The notes beneath the pieces are model-generated. The model was not told the DNA's origin and did no database searches. It saw only the letters and a program-made list of their open reading frames with translations. 32,000 bases of DNA from Oscillospiraceae bacterium (GTDB lineage: Bacteria; Bacillota; Clostridia; Oscillospirales; Oscillospiraceae), in assembly GCA_017429835.1 (NCBI GenBank), contig JAFROD010000020.1:27927-59926 (forward strand), read 5' to 3'. A program made the position numbers and the translations under genes. The first letter of the stretch is position 1, and each line of letters starts with the position of its first letter. Shown one piece after another: positions 8,888 through 17,084 of this stretch.

Positions 8888-9688
8888 ATGGAACAGACAT
8901 ATTTATGCGGGACGATCCGCGAGCGGCTGCAGGATCTGATGAAATCCAGGAAGGTATCGCAGGCGGAACTTGCTACGAGGATCGGCTGCACGGAGAGTAT
9001 GCTGAGCCGCTTCATCAGCGGCAGGACGGATAAACTCGGCGACGAGAGCATCATCCGCATCGCGCGCGTGTTCAACGTCTCCACCGACTTCCTGCTCGGC
9101 GAAACCGACGTGCCCGACCGCGTGACCTACGACATTTCCGAACTCGGACTCTCCGTACAGGCAGCGCGAAATCTCTACACGCAGAAGGTCAATCCGAAGG
9201 TGGTGAACGCCCTGTTGGAGAATCCGGAATTCGCCGAAACGACGGAGCTGATCTATGGCTATCTGAACGACGAATTTGCGAAGGGCTTCGCGCTGCAGAA
9301 CGAACTATATTCGCTCGTCGGCGGGATGGTGCAGGGCGTGCCGGAAGCGGCTGCGGACGTCAGGCGGCTGGAGATGCCGCCGCACCAGTTCGACCTGACG
9401 CGGATTCAGGAATCGTTTATGGCGGCGGTCCGCTCGGTCAAAAACGAGGTCGGCTGCGACCTGAACGCCGACAACGAATTGACGGCGCAGATGATGAAAC
9501 GGATCTATGCCGAGGTGGCGAAAGGGCAGCGCCGGCGGCAGAAAAAAGTTTCGCCGAAGGACGTCGGCGCGGCGATCGCGAAGGCACTGCGGCTTCCGCC
9601 CGGCGAAAAAACGCAGGCGATCATTCAGCAGTTTCTGAATCTGACCGAGGCGGTCGCGAACGATGAAACGGGAAGAACTGTCCAATGA
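8888..9688 (+). CDS. XRE-family helix-turn-helix transcriptional regulator
   Basis: IRERLQDLMKSRKVSQAELATRIGCTESMLSRFISG is a typical HTH_3 region. Confidence 0.8.
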   Translation: MEQTYLCGTIRERLQDLMKSRKVSQAELATRIGCTESMLSRFISGRTDKLGDESIIRIARVFNVSTDFLLGETDVPDRVTYDISELGLSVQAARNLYTQKVNPKVVNALLENPEFAETTELIYGYLNDEFAKGFALQNELYSLVGGMVQGVPEAAADVRRLEMPPHQFDLTRIQESFMAAVRSVKNEVGCDLNADNELTAQMMKRIYAEVAKGQRRRQKKVSPKDVGAAIAKALRLPPGEKTQAIIQQFLNLTEAVANDETGRTVQ

Positions 9689-10301
9689 GGAACTCTGCGC
9701 GCTGGCGAAAAACGGCGACGCCGACGCGCTGGAGCAGCTCGTAAAAAACAATCTCCCGTTCATCAAAAAACGCGCGAAAGAAATCTGGGAATCGAAGCAG
9801 GCGCTGAACGAAACGCTGGGCGTCGACCGCGACGATCTGGAGCAGGAAGGCGCGATCGGATTGCTCAACTGCGTCGAAAAGTTTCAGCCCGAGCGCGGTT
9901 TCAAATTCCTGACCTATGCCGCGCCGGCGATTCGGAACGCGATGTATGATTATTTCGATGTGCAGGAAGCTGTCTTTGAAAAACGCGACGTGGATCTCGT
10001 AGATTCGCTGGATGAAATCGTGCGCGACGAGTGGACGACCAGGCACAATTTGCTTCCCGACCCGACGCGCAAAACGCCGGAACAAATCTATCTGAAGAAG
10101 GAATGGCTCGGCGAAATACATTGCGCACTGGACGCGGTTTCGGTCAGAGAAAATCAGTACCTGCGCTACCGCTTCGGCTTCGAGGACGAGACTGCGCATC
10201 CGCTGATCGAGACGGCAATTCATTTTCATCTTTCCGAAAGCCGCGCGAAAACTACGGAGAGGTCTGCGCTGAAAAACGTGCGATCGGCGCTGCCGTGGTG
10301 A
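9663..10301 (+). CDS. Sigma-70-family RNA polymerase sigma factor (regions 2 and 4)
   Basis: DDLEQEGAIGLLNCVEKFQPERGFKFLTYAAPAIRNAM resembles region 2. The C-terminal LSVRENQYLRYRFG...ETAIHFHLSESRAKTTERSALKNV resembles region 4. It overlaps the XRE gene by 26 nt. Confidence 0.78.
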   Translation: MKREELSNEELCALAKNGDADALEQLVKNNLPFIKKRAKEIWESKQALNETLGVDRDDLEQEGAIGLLNCVEKFQPERGFKFLTYAAPAIRNAMYDYFDVQEAVFEKRDVDLVDSLDEIVRDEWTTRHNLLPDPTRKTPEQIYLKKEWLGEIHCALDAVSVRENQYLRYRFGFEDETAHPLIETAIHFHLSESRAKTTERSALKNVRSALPW

Positions 10302-10663
10302 AAGCGAAAGCTGCGTCGCTGCGGCGGGTTTTATATCCCTTTTGCGCCCACGGCGAGGCGCCGCCGCTGCGGTCTGCGACCTCCGCTTCGCCGCCTCACC
10401 TGCGCCAGAAGGGCGGGCATTCGTCAGCGTGCGCGCTTCCGAATACCCGCCCTTCTTCTGCCGCGGAAAACGTGCTGTTGTCGTCGTCACAAGCTCCGTA
10501 TCGTTCGTCCTGCCGCAAGCGGCAGGACTCATTCACTCCGCTGTTCCTCCTCTCCCCACAAAACTTCGTTTTGCGGGGACCCCATCGCAGCAGCACCTTT
10601 TCCGCGTCCGCGGCCGCAAAAGGTATAACACACTAGACCTTGCGGGCAAGGTCGTGTGCCAAT

Positions 10664-10722
10664 GGGACGCCGTCCCCTTTGGATTCCCCCGCCAACGAAA
10701 CAGGTGTTTCTTTGGATTCTTC
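10664..10722 (+). repeat. Copy A of a duplicated module of about 57 nt: a GC hairpin followed by a 10-bp hairpin
   Basis: GGGACGCCGTCCCCTTTGGATTCCCCCGCCAACGAAACAGGTGTTTCTTTGGATTCTTC. The internal stem is CCAACGAAAC / GTTTCTTTGG with a 4-nt loop. Confidence 0.8.
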
Positions 10723-10777
10723 CCCGCAACAGAATTGTGAACGCAGCCGTCCTCACTCCCAATTCCGCTGTCCAAAA

Positions 10778-10833
10778 GGGCGCCGCCCCTTTACAATCCC
10801 CGCCAACGAAACCGGTGTTTCTTTGGAATCTTC
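10778..10833 (+). repeat. Copy B of the duplicated module
   Basis: GGGCGCCGCCCCTTTACAATCCCCGCCAACGAAACCGGTGTTTCTTTGGAATCTTC. It has the same two-hairpin layout and lies about 113 nt downstream of copy A. Confidence 0.8.
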
Positions 10834-10960
10834 ACGCAAAAAATATCGGAGCGAGACCAATGTGCTCCGAGATTTTTCTGCACAACCTATTATGGAGAAA
10901 AGAGAATATGAAAAGCGTCAAAGCAATGGCATTGCCTTTATGCTTGCCCCATGGTAGAAT

Positions 10961-11082
10961 AAAAAAGAAAAGAGCCCTATGAAAAGGACTCTAATCTTTC
11001 GCACACACTGTGCAGCCGGACAAGCCGACGAGTTGAGAATTCTTTTATTTGAACTCGTAGTGTAATTGCAGAGGTCATCTGC
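10961..11082 (-). ncRNA. tracrRNA: tracrRNA (anti-repeat, nexus-like stem, hairpin, intrinsic terminator)
   Basis: The minus strand reads GACCUCUGCAAUUACACUACGAGUUCAAAU. It pairs with the CRISPR repeat as a lower stem (GUUUGAG with UUCAAAU), a bulge, a perfect 10-bp upper stem (UAGUGUAAUU/AAUUACACUA) and a further 7 bp (AGAGGUC/GACCUCU). GGCUUGUCC follows, resembling the GGCUAGUCC nexus of S. pyogenes tracrRNA. Then comes the hairpin GCACA/UGUGC and the terminator AGAGUCC-UUUUCAU-GGGCUCU plus a U-run. The 5' end is inferred from the promoter only. Confidence 0.8.
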
Positions 11083-11088
11083 ATTATC

Positions 11089-11117
11089 AATATAAATCAT
11101 TATTTGGAGGATGTCAA
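11089..11117 (-). promoter_or_regulatory. Promoter of tracrRNA, overlapping the cas9 translation-initiation region on the opposite strand
   Basis: Minus strand TTGACA (11117-11112), 17-nt spacer, TATATT (11094-11089). Confidence 0.65.
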
Positions 11118-11118
11118 T

Positions 11119-14100
11119 ATGAGCGACGAAATTCTGCAGTATTTTTTTGGAATTGATATTGGAACAGACTCTGTTGGATATGCGGCGACGAGCAAAGAAT
11201 ACGACCTGTTAAAGTATCGCGGGGAGCCGGTCTGGGGCGTTCAGACCTTCGAGGCTGCCTCTGCTGCGGAAGATCGCCGTGTGAATCGGACAGCCCGCAG
11301 AAGACTGGACCGGCGGCAGCAGCGCGTTCGGCTGATCAATGAGATTTTTGCTCCCGCGATCTGCAAGAACGATCCAAATTTCTTCATTCGCCGCAAAGAG
11401 AGCGCACTGTTCAAAGAGGACGCGCAGCACGGCGTGCATCTTTTTGAGGGCGGAATTAGCGACAAGCAATTCCATAAGGAGTATCCCACGATTCATCACC
11501 TGATCGTTGACCTGATGAGATCCGATGCGCCGAAGGACGTGCGTCTTGTTTATCTGGCGTGCGCATGGCTTGTGGCAAATCGCGGACATTTCCTCTTTGC
11601 GGCAGACTCCGGGAACGTGGATGATTTTTCCGTGCCGTATCAGGAGTTCGCGGACATATGCCACAACGACTATGAATGCGGTCTGCCGTGGTCGGACGCG
11701 ACTGCGCCGGATACGGTTCTGGAAGTGATGCAGGCAGAGCTCGGCGTCACGAAGAAAACAGCACTGTTTGTCGAAAAAGTCTGCGGTGGGAAGAAGCCCT
11801 CCAAAAAACTTGAGGAAGACTGCCCGTTCCGAAGGGACTTGATCATCACCCTCCTCGCAGGCGGCAAGGCCTCAATGAAAGACCTGTTTGCCAATGAGGA
11901 ATATGGGGAACTGGATTCTCTCTCGCTGGGAATGGAGGAGGAAGCCTTTGATGCGATCCTGGCGGAGCTCGGCGATGATGGAGCGCTCGTCCGCGCCTTG
12001 CGGAAACTGTACGATTGCGCCTTGCTGAAGAAAACGCTCCGCGGCTACACGTACATATCCGATGCGAAAATCGCCGTCTATGAACAGCATGCGAAGGATC
12101 TGAAATGGCTCAAGCAGTTTATTCGCAAATACAAGCCCGGGGACTATGCCAGAGTGTTCCGTCGGGCGGAAGCGGGAAACTACGTCGCATACTCCTACAA
12201 CGTCAAAAGCTGCTCTGCGCCGCAGGAAATAAAGAAGAAAGCAAATAAGACCGTCTTCTGCGATTATCTAAAAAAGATCGTTGAAAAGACAGACGTCGCG
12301 CCGGAAGATCAGGAACGCTATGATGATATGATGTCGCGGCTGTCCCTGTATACGTTTCTCCCGAAGCAGAAGGACACCGATAACCGCGTGATCCCGCAGC
12401 AGCTCTACCGCTGCGAACTTGCTCAGATACTGTCCCAGGCAAAGCGCTATCTTCCGATGCTGACCGAGAAAGATGCGGACGGTCTCACGAACGAGCAAAA
12501 GATCCTGTCCGTTTTCGATTTCCGCATCCCATACTACGTCGGGCCGCTGAATCCCGCATCCTCGCACGCCTGGATCGTGCGCAAGGCGGGAAATATCTAT
12601 CCGTGGAACTTTGAGAAGATGGTCGATCTGGACGCCAGCGAGCAGGCGTTCATCAACCGTATGACCAACACCTGCACCTACCTGCCCGGAGAGGACGTCC
12701 TTCCGTATTGCTCGCTGCTTTACAGCCGTTTTATAGTGCTGAATGAGATCAACAATCTGAAGATCAACCAGCAGCCGATCCCAGTGGAGGTCAAGCAGGC
12801 GATCTATACAGACTTGTTTGAAAACGGAACGAAGAAAAAGATCACGAAGAAAGCCGTTTGCGACTATCTGAAAAGCCGCGGCTATCTGAAACCGTCGGAC
12901 GAGATCAGCGGCGTTGACAATACCCTGAACGCAAACTTGAATTCCTACCACTGCTTCAAACGACTGCTGGAATCCGGCACGCTGTCTGAGGAGCAGGTCG
13001 AAAGCATCATCGACCATGCTGCCTATTCCGAGGACAGGCTCCGCATGAGCAGATGGCTTGAGCGGGAATACCCCAATCTTTCCGCGGCGGACCGCAAGTA
13101 TATCCTGAGCCTGAAGTTGAAAGAATTCGGCAGACTGTCGCGGAAACTCTTGACGGGAATCTACGGCTGCAAGAAGAACGGCACGGGCGAAGCGTTCACG
13201 ATCATGGACGCCCTGTGGCAGACTAACGACAATTTGATGCAGCTGCTGTCGGAGAACTACACATTCAAAGATCAGATTTCCGACTTTGCGGAGAGCTATT
13301 ATGCTGATCCGAAGAACAAGAAAACGCTGTCCGAACGACTCTCGGATATGTATGTATCCAATGCGGTCAAGCGCCCCATTATCCGTGCGCTGGATATCGT
13401 TTCCGACGTCGTCAAGGCGGTCGGCTGTGCGCCGCAGAAGATCTTCGTAGAAATGGCAAGAGGCGGCACGCCGGATCAAAAGGGAAAGCGGACGGTTACG
13501 CGCAAACAGCAGATCCTCGATTTGTATAAGCAGGTCAAGCACGAGGACTTGCCGAAACTGAAGCAGCAGCTGGAAGATATGGGCGAAATGGCGAACAACC
13601 GTCTGCAGAGCGACAAGCTCTTCCTGTACTATATGCAGCTTGGCAGATGTATGTATTCGGGTGAAAGTATCGATCTGAGCCGTCTGACCACCGACACCTA
13701 TGACATCGACCATATCTATCCGCAGTCGAAGGTGAAAGACGACAGCATTAACAACCGCATTCTGGTGCTTTCCTCTGCGAACGGCGTAAAGAGCGACCGT
13801 TATCCGGTCGAGGCCTCCGTGCGCGCAAAAATGGGAGAGTTCTGGGATTATCTGCATAAGAACGGCTTGATTTCCGACGAGAAGTATGCGCGTCTGACCA
13901 GAACGACCGGCTTTACCGACGACGAGCTCCATCAGTTCATCAACCGTCAGTTAGTCGAGACGCGCCAGTCCACGAAGGTCGTGGCGCAGCTCCTGAAAGA
14001 ACGCTATCCCGACACGGAGATCGTATACGTCAAAGCGGGGATGGTCTCCGAATTCCGTCAGGAATTCGAGATGCTGAAATGTCGCACGGTCAACGATCTG

Positions 14101-15201
14101 CACCACGCGAAGGATGCCTATCTGAATATCGTAGTTGGCAACGTCTACCACGAGAAATTCACACGCCGATGGTTCGATACGACGCAGAAGTACAACGTTT
14201 CCGTCAAAAAGACGTTCGATAGGGAACAGAAACCTTACGGCAATCTCGTCTGGCGCGGCGCGGAGGACCTCGCGAAGGTACGGAAGATCATGGGCAAAAA
14301 CGCCGCGCACGTGACGCAGTACGCGATTTGCAAACACCGCGGGCAAAATGGTGGATTCTATGATCAGAATCCGCTGAAAGCGAAAGCCGGCTTGATTCCG
14401 CGCAAAGATGGATTGGATACCGAAAAATACGGCGGCTACAACGGCTTAACGACTACGTTCTTCACGCTCGTCAGTTTTACCAACGGTAAAAAGAAGGAAC
14501 TGATGTTCTTCCCCGTGGATCTCCTTTATTGCGAGAAATTTGTTAGCGATCCTGCTTTTGCGACGGCCTACGTTGCGAAGACTTTGAATGAGGCAAACAA
14601 AAAAGCAGACGATATCATATTCCCACTGGGAAGCCGCGTTCTGAAAGTCAATACTGTCCTTTCTCTTGACGGATTCCTGGTCTGCCTTGCGTCCGGCTCT
14701 GTAAAGGACGGCAGAGTGGGCTTCCTTCCTCTGACGCAGTTCGTCTGCGGGTATGAGACCGAGCGGTATATCAAACGGCTGGAACGCCTTAGCGAAAAGG
14801 TTAAGGCTTATCCGAAGTATACTGCTTCTGCGGAGTATGATGGCGTATCGGCGGAGCAGAACGCGAAACTCTTTGACCTATATATTGAAAAACTGACAAA
14901 ATCTGTATTCTCTAAGCGACCTGGCGTGAACGTTGCTGCGTTAGTTGAAAAACGCGACACGTTTTTGGCGCTTCCGCTGGAGCAGCAATGTGCGTCCTTG
15001 CTGAAAATGCATATGATTTTTGCTAGGCAGCCCAATGACGTCGACCTGTCTGATATCGGCCTTGGGAGCAGAGTGTTCAAAGCAAGAAAAAGCATGTTTT
15101 TGTCCGGATGGAAGATAGAATACAGCGAAGTCCGGATTATCGATCAGTCCTCCTCCGGGTTGTTCGCTTCACAAAGCAGAAACCTTCTGGACCTGTTATG
15201 A
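11119..15201 (+). CDS. cas9: Cas9 endonuclease (type II effector), catalytic motifs intact
   Basis: RuvC-I FGIDIGTDSVGYA, arginine-rich bridge helix RTARRRLDRRQQR, HNH YDIDHIYPQS...NNRILV, and RuvC-III DLHHAKDAYLNIV. ATG at 11119 lies 8 nt after GGAGG (11106-11110). The longest ORF begins at TTG 11104. Confidence 0.97.
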   Translation: MSDEILQYFFGIDIGTDSVGYAATSKEYDLLKYRGEPVWGVQTFEAASAAEDRRVNRTARRRLDRRQQRVRLINEIFAPAICKNDPNFFIRRKESALFKEDAQHGVHLFEGGISDKQFHKEYPTIHHLIVDLMRSDAPKDVRLVYLACAWLVANRGHFLFAADSGNVDDFSVPYQEFADICHNDYECGLPWSDATAPDTVLEVMQAELGVTKKTALFVEKVCGGKKPSKKLEEDCPFRRDLIITLLAGGKASMKDLFANEEYGELDSLSLGMEEEAFDAILAELGDDGALVRALRKLYDCALLKKTLRGYTYISDAKIAVYEQHAKDLKWLKQFIRKYKPGDYARVFRRAEAGNYVAYSYNVKSCSAPQEIKKKANKTVFCDYLKKIVEKTDVAPEDQERYDDMMSRLSLYTFLPKQKDTDNRVIPQQLYRCELAQILSQAKRYLPMLTEKDADGLTNEQKILSVFDFRIPYYVGPLNPASSHAWIVRKAGNIYPWNFEKMVDLDASEQAFINRMTNTCTYLPGEDVLPYCSLLYSRFIVLNEINNLKINQQPIPVEVKQAIYTDLFENGTKKKITKKAVCDYLKSRGYLKPSDEISGVDNTLNANLNSYHCFKRLLESGTLSEEQVESIIDHAAYSEDRLRMSRWLEREYPNLSAADRKYILSLKLKEFGRLSRKLLTGIYGCKKNGTGEAFTIMDALWQTNDNLMQLLSENYTFKDQISDFAESYYADPKNKKTLSERLSDMYVSNAVKRPIIRALDIVSDVVKAVGCAPQKIFVEMARGGTPDQKGKRTVTRKQQILDLYKQVKHEDLPKLKQQLEDMGEMANNRLQSDKLFLYYMQLGRCMYSGESIDLSRLTTDTYDIDHIYPQSKVKDDSINNRILVLSSANGVKSDRYPVEASVRAKMGEFWDYLHKNGLISDEKYARLTRTTGFTDDELHQFINRQLVETRQSTKVVAQLLKERYPDTEIVYVKAGMVSEFRQEFEMLKCRTVNDLHHAKDAYLNIVVGNVYHEKFTRRWFDTTQKYNVSVKKTFDREQKPYGNLVWRGAEDLAKVRKIMGKNAAHVTQYAICKHRGQNGGFYDQNPLKAKAGLIPRKDGLDTEKYGGYNGLTTTFFTLVSFTNGKKKELMFFPVDLLYCEKFVSDPAFATAYVAKTLNEANKKADDIIFPLGSRVLKVNTVLSLDGFLVCLASGSVKDGRVGFLPLTQFVCGYETERYIKRLERLSEKVKAYPKYTASAEYDGVSAEQNAKLFDLYIEKLTKSVFSKRPGVNVAALVEKRDTFLALPLEQQCASLLKMHMIFARQPNDVDLSDIGLGSRVFKARKSMFLSGWKIEYSEVRIIDQSSSGLFASQSRNLLDLL

Positions 15202-15689
15202 GTTGGCGCATTGTCGTTGTTTCCGAGCGCTGCAAACTGGATCTGAAAATGGGCTATATGGTCATCCGCGGAGAAGAAACGAGGCGGATTTTTCTGGATG
15301 AGATCGCGATCCTTATGATAGAAAATCCTGCAGTCGCGTTGACCGGGTGTCTGTTGGAAAAACTGACGGAGAAGAAGATTCGCGTCATCTTTTGTGACAC
15401 GAAGAGATCGCCGATTGCGGAGCTCGCCCCGCTCCATGGCAGTCACGATACGCCGCGCAAACTGCAGCAGCAGCTTGCGTGGCGTGAGGAAATAAAGGGG
15501 GCCGTTTGGAGCGCGATCATTGCAGATAAGATTTCAAAGCAGGCGCAGCTGCTGGCAGAGAAGAAAAAGCAAAAAGAAGCGCTGCTTCTCGAATCCTATC
15601 TGCCGCAGATCGAGAACGAACAGGGAAGGACACGCGGCGAAACTATGGTGCAGCATACACCATTGTTTGAGAGTAGTGTAATTCCGTAG
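15198..15689 (+). pseudogene. cas1: Truncated cas1: only the N-terminal ~155 codons remain, and the frame reads into CRISPR repeat 1
   Basis: MSWRIVVVSERCKLDLKMGYMVIRG...IRVIFCDTKRSPIAEL...QLAWREEIKGAVWSAIIADKI matches the N-terminal half of type II Cas1. Its ATG overlaps the cas9 stop (ATGA). Homology stops at ...TPLF, where repeat 1 begins (15665). Type II Cas1 proteins run to roughly 290-300 aa (from memory). Confidence 0.85.
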
Positions 15690-16360
15690 AGGTCTAAAAC
15701 AAGCTCCGACACGTTGACCGTCTGATAGTAGTTTGAGAGTAGTGTAATTCTGTAGAGGTCTAAAACTGTTTTTTCGGACTGCGTGAACCACTCGGTGTTT
15801 GAGAGTAGTGTAATTCTGTAGAGGTCTAAAACTAGCCCGCGGATTTCATCCTCCGTCAGCCCGTTTGAGAGTAGTGTAATTCTGTAGAGGTCTAAAACCT
15901 GCTTGGCATAGACCGAGACGGCGTGATGGTTTGAGAGTAGTGTAATTCTGTAGAGGTCTAAAACCAGGTGATCGACGTCCGCTTTCGGCACATAGTTTGA
16001 GAGTAGTGTAATTCTGTAGAGGTCTAAAACATTGTTTATTCGCCAGTGCTTTATGACGATGTTTGAGAGTAGTGTAATTCTGTAGAGGTCTAAAACTGCT
16101 GTGTCCGGATGTAATAGCAGATCGCGGTTTGAGAGTAGTGTAATTCTGTAGAGGTCTAAAACGCATCGTCTGCTCCTTTCTGCGCTTCAAGCGTTTGAGA
16201 GTAGTGTAATTCTGTAGAGGTCTAAAACATTGAGCCTGAGCCAACGCGCCTGAGCTGTGTTTGAGAGTAGTGTAATTCCGTAGAGGTCTAAAACTTTGCG
16301 CCGCCGCGCCTCTACGGAGGTAAGGTTTGAGAGTAGTGTAATTCCGTAGAGGTCTAAACC
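15665..16360 (+). CRISPR. CRISPR array: 11 repeats of 36 bp and 10 spacers of exactly 30 bp, on a 66-bp period
   Basis: The repeat is GTTTGAGAGTAGTGTAATTCTGTAGAGGTCTAAAAC. Repeats start at 15665, 15731, 15797, 15863, 15929, 15995, 16061, 16127, 16193, 16259 and 16325. Repeats 1, 10 and 11 carry C instead of T at position 20. The last repeat ends ...TAAACC, so it is degenerate. Orientation follows the GTTT...AAAC convention, tracrRNA pairing and the distal degenerate repeat. Confidence 0.98.
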
Positions 16361-16401
16361 CGTTTTCCCTTGAAAGCAATTCTTCTGATGAGGTAGAGCA
16401 A

Positions 16402-17019
16402 ATGAAAAACCCTGTGAGCAAACAGGATAAGCAGGCAACGAATCAAAAGCGCCGCCACATAAAAAGGTCTCCCGCTGCATTCGAAGCTGCATTTCAGCAA
16501 AGGATAGGTTTGACGCCGACTCAATGGGTAAAAACCAAAATTGAAAACGGCTCAAGGAAAGATGACGTTAAGTATCTTTTTGAAATATGTGCTGAAGAAA
16601 TTGCGAACGAGAACAATTGTAAGGCGCAGCGCTTTGAACGGTATTACGATCCCGGTATGGTAAAGAAAGAAGGGAAAACAGTGAGACCAAACGCCCCTAA
16701 GTTTTATAACAAACTGGTCCGGGATCTCATTCCCGAAATCATTGAAAAGAGCGGCAAGCGATGCGTTTGCGAAACGCTTTCTCAGGAACAGTACATTGTT
16801 ATGTTGGACGCCAAGCTGAACGAAGAACTCGCAGAATATCAACAGAGCAAATCCCTAGAGGAGCTGGCCGACCTGCTTGAGGTTATGGGCGCAGTCGTTC
16901 ACGCAAGAGGATATACATGGTCACAGCTCACCGAAACCAGAAAGAAGAAGTTAAGTGAGCGCGGCGGTTTTGAAAAGCGCATATTGCTGAAAGAAGTTTA
17001 CGAGGATAATACGAAATAA
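16402..17019 (+). CDS. MazG-like / PRA-PH-like all-alpha NTP pyrophosphohydrolase with an unusual ~100-aa basic N-terminal extension
   Basis: The C-terminal ~100 aa (FYNKLVRDLIPEII...EELAEY...EELADLLEVMGAV...KKKLSERGGFEKRILLKEV) matches the short house-cleaning NTP-PPase family. Start ATG 16402 follows GAGGTAGAGCAA. An internal start at MVKKEG is possible. Confidence 0.7.
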   Translation: MKNPVSKQDKQATNQKRRHIKRSPAAFEAAFQQRIGLTPTQWVKTKIENGSRKDDVKYLFEICAEEIANENNCKAQRFERYYDPGMVKKEGKTVRPNAPKFYNKLVRDLIPEIIEKSGKRCVCETLSQEQYIVMLDAKLNEELAEYQQSKSLEELADLLEVMGAVVHARGYTWSQLTETRKKKLSERGGFEKRILLKEVYEDNTK

Positions 17020-17050
17020 TCTTGGTCGGATATGAGCAATAACGAATAAT

Positions 17051-17084
17051 GAGAGACACCGCAAATGACGGCGTCTCTCATTTT
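17051..17084 (+). terminator. Hairpin terminator between convergent genes
   Basis: GAGAGACACCG / CGGCGTCTCTC stem with one mismatch and a 7-nt loop, followed by ATTTT. Confidence 0.55.

Noticed and set aside
9621-10775. Several ORFs of 66-303 aa on both strands across the sigma gene 3' end and the GC-rich region
   Set aside because: Their Arg/Ala/Pro/Ser-rich composition is typical of random frames in GC-rich DNA. They have no starts with an RBS. The region is better explained as structured non-coding DNA.
11049-11097. A plus-strand cas9 promoter in the tracrRNA region (TTGAAC or TTGCAG with TATAAA-like boxes)
   Set aside because: The spacing of the candidate -35 and -10 pairs is 18-19 nt or more, and the hexamers are weak. 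I cannot place the cas9 promoter from sequence alone.
12268-13932. 554-aa minus-strand ORF inside cas9
   Set aside because: It is antisense to a gene with all Cas9 motifs. The sequence is not protein-like and it has no RBS.
16163-16192. Possible self-targeting: spacer 8 shares TGCTCCTTTCT with the region upstream of the relaxase start (about 7123-7133)
   Set aside because: The match is only 11 contiguous nt and lies in an SD-complement-like sequence, so it is well within chance. By eye I found no longer match of any spacer inside this window, but an exhaustive search was not possible.
15534-16555. Minus-strand ORFs (85-191 aa) with periodic LDLYRITLLSN / FRPLQNYTTLK motifs
   Set aside because: The periodicity is simply the translation of the 36-bp CRISPR repeat every 66 nt.
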